Assembly (NCBI GenBank): GCA_030141605.1
Contig: JAQGDQ010001283.1
Coordinates: 1 to 25,649 of the forward strand
Direction: 5' to 3'
DNA length: 25,649 bases
Source of the DNA: Tubiluchus corallicola
Lineage: Eukaryota; Animalia; Priapulida
Part shown: positions 11,255 to 20,813 of the stretch, piece by piece
Layout of the letters: each line of letters opens with the position of its first letter
How positions within the stretch are numbered: the stretch's first letter is position 1
Notes under the pieces: model-generated
The model's database searches: none
Seen by the model: the letters and a program-made list of their open reading frames with translations, nothing else
Told to the model about the DNA's origin: nothing
Position numbers and translations under genes: made by a program

Positions 11255-12105
11255 CTCCTAATTTGATGCCATGTTCCCCGATCTGCTGCCACACGCCAAG
11301 GATTCACATTATTTAAGTCAAGTGGAGTATTTAATAAGTCTTTCAGAACATCTAAATGCGTGGTCAGATGTCCTCCTCTTGGTTTCTTCCCAGATATTAG
11401 TGCTTGATGTAATGCAGTAGCAAGTGGAGAATCCTGTGGTAATCTGATGACGTGTCCAATCCAGATGTCCTCCTCTTGGTTTCCTCCCAGATATTAGCGC
11501 TTGATGTAATGCTGTAGTAGGTGGAGAATCCGGTGGTAATCTGATGGTGTGTCCAATCCAGATGTCCTCCTCTTGGTTTCCTCCCAGATATTATTGCTTG
11601 ATGTAATGCTGTAGTAAGTGGAGAATCTTGTGGTAATCTGATGCATGTCCAATCCGGATGTCCTCCTCTTGGTTTCCTCCCAGGTATTAGTGCTTGATGT
11701 AATGCTGTAGTAAGTGGAGAATCCTGTGGTAATCTGATGTCTAATCCACGTAAGCCAATACTTCTGTATAACCTCACTCCATTCCTCTTCTTCTTCTTCT
11801 TCTTCTTCATTAAATTATTTAGATCCTAATTTGAAATTTTCTTGGCCATTTTATATCCAACAACTTTCCGTACAGACGTCTTCGGAAAGCACTAATTTCA
11901 TTCTTCTGCACAACTTTGAGAATTCAGAATTACACAAGAATGCAGGTTCTACAAGTGATGACAGATGATGTAGTTTAGTTTCTGTGGTAAGATTTGGATT
12001 TTCAAAAATGTTAGTGAGTTTAGAATGTGCAGGCAAGGCTAAGATTTTTCTGCATGGTATTTGTACGTCAGCTTCAGCGACTAGTAAACAACCCGGGTAT
12101 TTACT
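11255..12105 (-). mobile_element. Degenerate 3' fragment of a LINE ORF2 (RTE-like)
   Basis: Minus-strand peptides KYPGCLL...RKILALPAHSKLTNIFENPNLTTETKL...LVEPAFLCNSE and IRLPQDSPLTTALHQAL..GRKPRGG resemble the post-RT C-terminus of RTE-type LINEs (KYLG...KTKL...YNSE; GH..R...GKRPRGRP). Frameshifted, with a GAA run at ~11785-11808. Confidence 0.7.
11365..11740. repeat. ~97-bp tandem repeat (~3.9 copies) inside the LINE remnant
   Basis: C(A/G)GATGTCCTCCTCTTGGTTTC at 11365, 11462, 11559 and 11655. Confidence 0.93.
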
Positions 12106-12231
12106 ATAATATATATAATATACGAGAATGTATACAAAAAGTATAATATGGAAAATCACAACAAAATTATTAGGAAATTTTAGTTATAACATAAAGGTGT
12201 TAACAGTGAAGTGAATTCCAATTCTACTTAC

Positions 12232-12468
12232 TTTTATCACAGCTTTGCTTAAGCTCACAGCACCTCTACAACCGAATTCGGCCTCTGATTCATACTTATA
12301 ATAACTGAGGGTTCCGTGGTGCAAGCGAACGTATCTGTCCTGCCAACCCTGTATGTAATTGGTCCATTTGGTCAGATAGCCTTGGATCTCGATCACATAG
12401 TCATCGTCGAGGTCATTGTCGTTGTCGTCACTCAAACCAAGGCTTAGTCGGTCTTCAATTCCGTGCAT
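12232..12468 (-). CDS. CERT1: CERT first coding exon (N-terminus and first half of PH domain)
   Basis: 79 codons; [50 protein letters not shown] matches CERT GVLSKWTNYIHGWQDRW...[26 protein letters not shown]. Donor GTAAGT at 12231; acceptor ttttcactttcAG at 12487; an in-frame TAG precedes the ATG. Confidence 0.95.
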
Positions 12469-12648
12469 GTCAATACTGTGCTATGCCTGAAAGTGAAAAA
12501 AAATGGTTTTTATTAAAAGAAAATAGTTATTATTAAAATTACCTTATAAGGAAAGTGTCAGGATGTGTCTTTTAGACTCAAGAAATAACATTAATGACAC
12601 AAAAGTAAACTGATGTCAGTTTAGATTCTTTATAAGACTGTTGCACTA

Positions 12649-12841
12649 GTCCGTTTTTATATTTAGGTTTTTATACTTCAATTGTAAATCATTCAAGTTA
12701 TATGGTTAAATCGCTTTACATGGGTCCGTTTTTATATTTAGGTTTTTATATTTCAATAGTAAATGAATCAAGTAATATGGTTAAATCGCTTACACGGGTC
12801 CATTTTTATATTTGGGTTTTTATATTTCAATTGTAAATCAT
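12649..12841. repeat. ~75-bp AT-rich tandem repeat, ~2.6 copies
   Basis: GTCC(G/A)TTTTTATATTT at 12649, 12724 and 12798. Confidence 0.88.
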
Positions 12842-13291
12842 TTTTAATTTTGCTAATTTTAAAACTTACTTGTGTTATCTGGCAACAAATGATGTAACGT
12901 AGGGAGTGACATACATGAATACACTGCCCATACAAAATAATAAGATTAATTATTATTATTATTATGAGCAATGCCTCCTCAATGACTATTTTACAAACTA
13001 GTATCAGTCCATTACAGACCAATAATTAATTTTTCATACCATTACTTTATCCAGTACATATTATCTAACATAACTATAGAAATTTAAATTCAGTGTAATT
13101 CAATTCAAAAATTTTACATGTCTCTGTCGCGGTCATCGAGCAGCCACCCCTATATAAATAAGATATTTTTAGATGCCGAGGGCTTTTTAATGTAATATAT
13201 ACACATACGTTATGTCGAGTAATTGTGCTACTGTGTTGTGGATTTAATATTCTCTGAAGAGGCAATAGCTGAATTTGTGTAAATGAGATTA

Positions 13292-13743
13292 CCGTATATA
13301 CTTATGTACAAGTCAAATTTTTGGGAGGCGATTTTAATGTGAAAGTTTTGGGGTCGACTTATACTTACGATGTTTTTGGGAGATGTCGCTAAAGAGTCGT
13401 CTACAATACGAATATGTAAACAAATAATCCTTCATTATACACTGAACTGAATGAACACTTATACTGTGATACTTCACACCAGAGAATGTTCGCATCTGTA
13501 CATTACTTCACAAAATTAACAAATATTACTGTGATTTATTTTAATGTATGCGAAATTATGTTGAAATTTATATATTTACGGTAAATAAACTAGCGACGAA
13601 GCACTTGATGGAAACATGGAAATCCGCCAATGTTGTGCGGGTGCTGCCACCTGTCGGCTGCCGCGCAAAATTTACACTATTTTTATGACAAGTTTTATGA
13701 CGACCTGTACAAGGGATATCGACTTGTACACAACTTTGACTGG
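13292..13743. mobile_element. Older pogo/mariner-like MITE
   Basis: TA|CCGTATATACTTATGTACAAGTC ... GACTTGTACACAACTTTGACTGG|TA: degenerate TIRs; left end identical to the first 11 nt of the 8175 element. Confidence 0.6.
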
Positions 13744-14127
13744 TACACACATATATAATTATCAGTTTACAGACATTTTCAATTTTCTGGTGGCAAACTA
13801 AGCAAAATAAAGCAACATAATATAATGAATAGAAATACAGCTGCATGACATGCAGTATCAATTAACCATGTATTATAAATAAATTAAACTAAAATGAAAA
13901 ACAGAAATAAACTGAAGCCAAGCGTTTCAATCACCTATAGTTAGAACCAAAAACATTCATGAAACCAGAATAAAAAAGAAAAAACAGAAAAAAACAAACC
14001 AGAATCAGAATGTAATTAGAGCTTCAGCTAATTCGAAGAGACTAAAACATTCAGATAAAGCCTCACAAATTAACTAAACAAAACCAGGTAAAATTTGCAT
14101 GCTTAGTACTGTTACCATGCAATAAGA

Positions 14128-14128
<1 letters not shown>

Positions 14129-14166
<38 letters not shown>

Positions 14167-14374
14167 GTAATAATAATAATAATAACAAATACAAGAATGA
14201 AAGCAAAGGAAATTTGCTACCAGAATGATCATGTGCTTCTAAGTCTGTTAACTATACATGTTATATTTGCTTATCTGATAATTATGTAAATTAGATGAGA
14301 AAAAGTGGCACAAATATACATAAAAATATTTACATGTAGACATGCACGTACACACACACACACACACACGCACG

Positions 14375-14411
<37 letters not shown>

Positions 14412-14646
14412 TCAGTACTATTACTGACAATCTGCATTTTTTTGGAATACCTAACATGTACATGTACACGCACGCACACACTCATATGCGTATGTTCACA
14501 TATACACATACACATGCATACATAAATGCACACTTTCAGATATTATATGTATACATACACACACACACAATACATATACAAATACTCCCATGCATACATA
14601 CTCACTCCCATACACACACGCACACATACGCACAAGCGCACACACA
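14129..14646. repeat. (AAT)n and (CA)n/CA-rich microsatellite cluster
   Basis: AAT run ~14129-14185, CA run ~14350-14410, degenerate CA/TA to ~14646. Confidence 0.92.
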
Positions 14647-14663
14647 TCATAAAAGAAATGAGG

Positions 14664-14934
14664 TAATAAGTTTCAGTAAGCTAAGTAGAAAAACGAATAT
14701 GAATGTGCTAATTAGGTTATTACGAGAGTTTAACTGCAGTTTTACATGAAGTAGGGGATACAGGGGGAAAGGCAGATATATACTAACAGCCTTATCAATT
14801 GATCAGATAAAGATCTGGAAAAAAGCGAGTTTACAAGGAATTTTCTAAATATATCTTACATGCATTTCACAGATCTGCACAGGTGAGTGATCATGGTCAC
14901 GTGACCAACGAGATGCTTGGCGAAATTCCCTACA
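14664..14934 (-). mobile_element. Left inverted-repeat arm; probably a truncated LTR following the BEL/Pao pol end
   Basis: 14664-14870 is a diverged reverse complement of 19834-20009 with a ~35-nt insertion. On the minus strand TGTAGGG starts at 14934, about 45 nt after the BEL stop codon. Confidence 0.6.
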
Positions 14935-14979
14935 CTGCGCCATTAAATGCGGTGTGTCCAAGCATTTACCAATTGCAGT

Positions 14980-15465
14980 TTATTCTCTGTTTCCCTCAAT
15001 CATGCACAGCTGATTGATATGACGTTTCAGTAAATCTCCTTGAGTCTTCAGGGTTGCTGTCCACACGATTCCGTCATGGCTAAGATGTACTTCCTGCACT
15101 CTTCCAAGGCGCCAGCAATTTCTAGGAGCATTTTCGTCTTTTATGAGTACCACGTCTCCTATGCGAATTGGTTCTTTCATTTTACTCCACTTGGAACGTG
15201 CCTGAAGTAAAGGAAGATGTTCCTTAAGCCATCTTCTCCAGAATACGTCTGGTCATATGTTGAATCTGTCGCCAACGTTTTTTGTAGATGTCAACTGTGC
15301 TAAATTGCCCAGGAGCGTATACTGGGTTATTTGGAATGCTTTCTACGATACAAAAGTAAGTTTGCAAACCTTCATCATCTAATGTTTACTTGGTCATAAT
15401 GAAGCTTAAAATTCGCTTGACGCTCTTGATTAAGCATTCCCAAACTCCAGCTGTGTGATGAGCAA
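14980..15465 (-). mobile_element. BEL/Pao LTR retrotransposon pol 3' fragment (integrase end plus DUF5641-like tail), pseudogenised
   Basis: AHHTAGVWECLIKSVKRIL...LDDEGLQT...KRWRQIQ..(frameshift)..FWRRWLKEHLPLLQARSKW...IGDVVLIKDENAPRNCWRLGRVQEVH...DG; contains a stop, a frameshift and an internal deletion. Confidence 0.9.
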
Positions 15466-15669
15466 AACCGGATGTTTTGCTACATCGGCAAGGTCAGCAT
15501 GGCGTATAGGTCTTTGCAGAATTTTAAAACACCCTCACCCATGTAGGAATAGGAAAACTCATCCCTAACCAGCGAGTAGTTCGAAATTGAAAAAACTGCC
15601 TAGTGGAAGTTGGTTTTCGAAAGTTCGTGCAACGCGTCCCGTGTTACGTATTCTCGAAATGTATATATC

Positions 15670-16261
15670 GTTAGATAGAGAATTTCACGGGCTTTCTAAC
15701 CATGTATTACACGACTAAATTCGCTTAAGTACTGCGTTGCTAATGGCAGTTGAATATATCATTTCGAGTTCGAATACGGCGATTTTATGACTAGGGTTTG
15801 AGTTATTATTTAAGCGTTAAGTTACTTTTCAACAAACTATACATGGTTAGATAGAGAATTTTACGGGCTTTCTAACCATGTATTACATGACTAAATTCGC
15901 TTAAGTACTGCGTTTATAATGGCGGTTGAAAGTATCATTGCAAGTCCGAATACGGCGATTTTACAACTAGGGTTTGAGTTATTTTTTAAGCGTTAAGTTA
16001 CTTTTGAACAAACTATATATGGTTAGATAGAGAATGTTACGGGCTTTCTAACCATGTATTACACGACTAAATTCGCTTAAGTACTGCGTTGCTAATGGCA
16101 GTTGAATATATCATTTCAAGTCCGAATACGGCGATTTTACAACTAGGGTTTGAGTTATTTTTTAAGCGTTAAGTTACTTTTGAACAAACCGTACATGGTT
16201 AGATAGAGAATTTCACGGGCTTTCTAACCATGTATTACACGACTAAATTCGCTTAAGTACT
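15670..16261. repeat. 176-bp tandem repeat, ~3.4 copies; probably rDNA intergenic-spacer subrepeats
   Basis: GTTAGATAGAGAAT at 15670, 15846, 16022 and 16198; lies just downstream of the 28S 3' end. The repeat is certain, the spacer identity is inferred from position. Confidence 0.85.
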
Positions 16262-16494
16262 TCAACGAAAATACTACTTCCGGGGGAAGTAGCATTGCAA
16301 ACCTGAATAAGGCGATTTTAAGTGCACTTTCTACAAATTCTACGGAAACACATCATGTCGCTGCGGCCGAGATTTTGCTCCGCCAACCCTAGGGATGTCA
16401 CCGATCCCCTAAAACAATGTCCAACACAAAGTGCACTTTCTACAAATTGTACGGAAGCACCAAATAGCCGAGGCGTCTGCTGCGCGACGGAGCA

Positions 16495-16620
16495 GACAAA
16501 TCTTCCAGTGAAAGGCTTAGTCTCGATAGATCGCAGTGTTATGGCTGCTCTACTAAATACGACACCCCGACTGGCACCTAGGTCGTCTACGAAGGATTTG
16601 GCACCACTACAATTCCCAAT
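16495..16620 (-). pseudogene. 28S rRNA 3'-terminal fragment (~125 nt)
   Basis: Plus strand GACAAA...ATAGATCGCAG...GCTGCTCT...ACCCCGAC...AGGTCGTCTACGAA matches the reverse complement of the conserved LSU 3' end. Confidence 0.9.
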
Positions 16621-16638
16621 GACTGCGAATGTGTTTGG

Positions 16639-16793
16639 CCGACCCTCAGACGGACGCGACCCAAGGAATGACCCGGGGCCGCAATGTGCGTTCAAAATGT
16701 CGATGTTCAATGTGTCCTGCAATTTACATTAAATAATGCATCTGGCTGCGTTCTTCATCGACACACGGGCCTAGTGATCCACCGCTCAGAGTT
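16639..16793 (-). rRNA. 5.8S rRNA, full length but mutated (orphan or pseudogene copy)
   Basis: Plus strand CGACCCTCAGAC...GGGGCCGCAATGTGCGTTCAAAATGTCGATG...GCTGCGTTCTTCATCGA...GTGATCCACCGCTCAGAGTT. Confidence 0.95.
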
Positions 16794-17235
16794 GTACACT
16801 ATGTTTCTGCCTCGTTTGCATCGGGATGACGCTGCTGATGGGCCTTTGCCCTGTGTTACGTTACCGTTGGAAAAAAATGGGCCGCGGGGAGAATCGGCGA
16901 TCTCCCTGCCCCGCGAGTCGCGGCCCGTACTGTACTGCGTTTGCCCTCGGAAAAAACGCGAGCTGTCCGCGCCTCCGGGCCGAGCGCCATAGAGGAACGC
17001 CGCCCTTTCAACCCAGCCGTCGTCCGCAGCCTGCCGCCGCGGGACACTGCGCAAGAGCCGTGGTGACGACGTCACGGCCGTGTGTGCATGGCAGCCGATG
17101 AAAGGTACTCCGAGAAAACATTGGGCCGGCCAGGGGAGGCTGTGCCTCGCAAAGGCCGGTGCCGCCAGGCGGACTTTGCCGGGGCACGGTCGTGCCCGTG
17201 GTGCCGGACCCTCCGCGCGGAAGGCTGGCATTCGG
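16794..17235 (-). other. rDNA ITS1
   Basis: GC-rich ~440 bp between the 18S 3' end and the 5.8S 5' end. Confidence 0.92.
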
Positions 17236-17285
<50 letters not shown>

Positions 17286-17727
17286 GTCCTCTAAATGATC
17301 AGTCATCTTCCCAGCAACACAGGCGCGAAGGTTTCTCTCGTCGGGACCGGTCCGAAGACCTCACTAAATCATTCAATCGGTAGTAGCGATGGGCGGTGTG
17401 TACAAAGGGCAGGGACGTAATCAAAACTAGCTTATGACTCGCGTTTACTGGGAATTCCTCGTTCAAGGGAAATAATTGCAATTCCCTATCCCTAGCACGA
17501 AGGAGGTTTATCGGGTTACCCAGTCCTTCCGAACAAGGTTCAAATGCACGCTGATTCCTTCAGTGTAGCACGCGTGCAGCCCCGGACATCTAAGGGCATC
17601 ACAGACCTGTTATTGCTCAATCTCGTGTGGCTAAGCACCGCTTGTCCCTCTAAGAAGTTACAGCCGAAATCCTCGGGATCGGCTAACTATTTAGTAGGCC
17701 AGAGTCTGGTTCGTTATCGGAATTAAC
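17236..17727 (-). pseudogene. 18S rRNA 3' fragment (~490 nt)
   Basis: Plus strand TAATGATCCTTCCGCAGGTTCACCTACGGAAACCTTGTTACGACTT, GGGCGGTGTGTACAAAGGGCAGGGACGTAATC and TCTAAGGGCATCACAGACCTGTTATTGC; similarity stops after CGGAATTAAC. Confidence 0.97.
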
Positions 17728-18700
17728 TTCAAAGATATGTTATCCATGGAAGAATCATGAAAGTTGATCAGTTAGTAATCCCTAACAATTTACGTACAGA
17801 TATTTTGAAACAGCTACGCACGGGCCACTTAGGTGTGGTGAAATCAAAACTCAGGGCAAAGAGTGCAATATTCTGGCCATGCATTAACAAAGACATTGAG
17901 AAGATGTGTAAGCAGTGTGCTATATGCAGTAAATACCAGGACACCTAGCAACATGAAACCCTCCTTCAACATGTAGTACCAGCTGCGCCATGGGAGGTTG
18001 TTGGAACTGACATGTTTACAAGTGGTCCAGACCAGCATCTTATCATAGCTGATTATAGCAAGTACCCAGTAATTAGGAAGCTACGATTGCCATGCCCGAG
18101 TTCGACTGTAGTTAATGCAACAAAGCAAGTATTCGCTGAGCTCGGAATGCCAAGGAAGATTGTTAGTGATAATGGTCCACATTTTAGCAGAACAGCATAC
18201 AAAAATTTCACAAACAGTCTTGGAATTAAACACACAACCAGCAGCCCACATTACCCAAAAGTAACGGATACATTTAGCGGCAGATACGAACTGTTAAGAA
18301 TGTAATACGGAAATCTGTTGAATTGGGAGAAGATGTGGATTTTGCCATCATGGTGTTGAGAACGACGCGTATCGACTCGAGATTACCAAGTTCAGCGGAG
18401 ATGCTACTAGGACGGAAAATACGTGGAACATTGCGAGTAAAAGTATACAACAGGTTACAAAGCAGAGACGATATTATGGAACAGCTGCTGAGGAGAAAGA
18501 AAACATAAAAGCTGCAACACGATAAACATGCAAAGGACCTCACACCATTAACCACAGGACAATGTATAATGATACAAAACAGATGCTGTCCTGCTGATGT
18601 GATACAAAAATGTGTAGAGCTAAGATCCTATATAGTAAGGAAAGATGATGGGACAAAATTAAGAAGAAACAGACATCAGATGAATGTGAGGACAAATCTG
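17728..18700 (+). mobile_element. Ty3/Gypsy pol fragment (H2C2 zinc finger, rve integrase, C-terminal tail), pseudogenised
   Basis: VIPNNLRTDILKQLRTGHLGVVKSKLRAKSAIFWPCINKDIEKMCKQCAIC, PWEVVGTDMF, VFAELGMPRKIVSDNGPHF, HTTSSPHYP, RSYIVRKDDGTKLRRNR; several stops and frameshifts. Confidence 0.93.
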
Positions 18701-19352
18701 TGGAGACAAAAGAGTAACCTTTGCAGAACTACCTGTTCAGCAGATCACAAAAGGGGAACAGAGACCTGAGAAACAACATTCTCTACGCAAGGACAAACAG
18801 GTTATGATGAGCCTTACAAAGGTACAATAAGAAAGGTGCATTACAATGTGAAAGACAAGATATGGACGCACAATTCACAAACCAAGAAGATATATAAAGT
18901 AACTGAGTTAATGCATAGAACATTTAACCGTTAACTTTTAAACATTAACTAATTTGATATTGTGTTGAAGACGCATATATTCATTGTGGTAATCAGCTAC
19001 CAAGTTTCAACTTTTAATTACCCAGTTTCATTATTAATCATACAGTTCATATAGTTGTAAATTGATGTTTGAACAACATTTGTGTACCAGTAAGCCTATC
19101 TTAAGCTTGAGATTTGAAGTATGGGTTAAAAGTTAAAGTAGTTAACCAGATCATAATTTTTTTTGTTTTTAAGTGACTCCAAATGATAGAAAAGTCATTT
19201 GATCAGTTGAATATAAAATGTTACAATTTGTAATATCTGGCAATCATATAGGAAACAGGAAACAATGTCACAGTTGGTTAAACAGTTTATTTTGAAAAGC
19301 ATATACACAGTTTGTATAACTAACTAATAACAAAACAGCTTCTCTTCATTGT

Positions 19353-20146
19353 AGGAGGAGGATGTAGTGGACTATATTAAGTTGCGTATTGTTAGTGTGT
19401 TCAACAAGTCAAGATGGGCGGAAATAAACATGTAGCACAATTATCTCTACCATCTAGATTACTTTGGACTCCTGCGATGTTATGGTTAACTTTGGTCTTA
19501 GATGCTGTAAATATATTAATTCTGCATGTTGTTTTTGATTTGCTTAGAGGATTAGCAAGTTTTATAGCCCATCTTTCTGGTGTTGTTTCTAGCAATCTAA
19601 TTAAATGTCCTACCCTTCTTAGTTTTTTTTATTCAATTTTTTTAGTGCTCCAAAGTTCAACTTTGATTCTGTTATTATACAGCTACGCATTTCAAATGAC
19701 ATACGGCGATTTGATTTTTAAGATTTTTCTGCGTAAACCAAAGAGCTGCAAAATTTAAATTACTTTGTCGGCAACAGATGGCACTCGTGCCTAATTTCAA
19801 TGGCGATGTTAATGTGTGTGTTCGGCGTTACCAGTGAATTGCATGTAAGTATATATCTTTATCTGACCAATTGATAAGGCTGTTAGTATATATCTGCCTT
19901 CTTCCCCCTATATTCCGTTCTTCATGTAAAACTGAAGTTAAACTCTTTCGTAACCACCTAATTAGCACCTGCTTATTCTTTTTTCTACTGAGCTTACTGA
20001 AACTTATTAGTTATAGTTAAAGAATGCTTTCGTTACTAGTAGAACTGATCGCTTTCATTAAGCAGATGATAATTCATGAATGCACCACGATTGTAATACT
20101 AATAACTCATAAACCCGTGCTAACTAACTAGTACAAACTGTCTACA
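19353..20146 (+). mobile_element. Candidate polypurine tract plus LTR-like segment containing the right inverted-repeat arm (19834-20009)
   Basis: AGGAGGAGGA (19353-19362) directly precedes TGTAG (19363); a complementary CTACA ends at 20146. No second full LTR in the window to confirm it. Confidence 0.45.
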
Positions 20147-20479
20147 GGTAGTTGTCTGCAGGGAAAAGTACATTAGCTAATTTCTGATTTTTTCAATAAC
20201 CTAAATAACAGTATACATATATATATAACATAACAAGCATAATATTATTAATACCAAAAATAAAGTACACATTAACACTGGAGTTCTGTTAAATTGTAAA
20301 TTATTTATTGTAATTTTAATGTTTATTATTTTAATGTATATTAATATTAATGATTGTTAATGGTTAATTAATAAATTAATCAAAATAAAAGATTAATATG
20401 ATTAATTAAAATCACTCTAGTGTGATTCTGTGTGACTGGTCTATAACTTTGGAAATGCCGAAAATACATCTATAAGAGA

Positions 20480-20620
20480 GAAATTTAGTTTGGACTGTCT
20501 TGAACACTGAAAATACATTAACCTAGTGGTCTAAAGCACTTGGAATGTAAGTAGAAGGTTCCTGTTTCAAACCTAGCTGCATTGCATTATTTTGGCATCT
20601 CCAGTTTTTCAAGTTTGGTG
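20480..20620 (+). mobile_element. Diverged single copy of the tRNA-like arm seen at 4341-4510
   Basis: TTTGGACTGTCTTGAACACTG...CTAGTGGTCTAAAG...GCATT...AGTTTGGT is collinear with 4380-4510. Confidence 0.5.
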
Positions 20621-20699
20621 GCTTTGTAACATTCACTATAATTTTGAACAAAATAGCTGTACTTGCAGAAAAATGTGTTGGTCTGGTGGCCACTTTCAC

Positions 20700-20734
<35 letters not shown>

Positions 20735-20812
20735 GTTATTATTATTATTATTATTATTAATATTATTATTATTATTGTTACTGTTACTACTATTAATATT
20801 ATTATTGTTGTT
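20700..20812. repeat. (TAT)n microsatellite
   Basis: TAT run directly upstream of the Helitron array. Confidence 0.95.
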
Positions 20813-20813
20813 A

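Noticed and set aside
16034-16047. 14-nt match ATGTTACGGGCTTT between one 176-bp unit and the Helitron cores
   Set aside because: Present in only one unit variant and too short to support common origin.
16318-17726. Several overlapping ORFs of 60-167 aa
   Set aside because: Chance frames in GC-rich rDNA and ITS1.
16495-17727. Functional rRNA locus, or an R2/Pokey-type rDNA-specific insertion
   Set aside because: 18S and 28S are truncated, the 28S target region is deleted, and no such element ORF is present.
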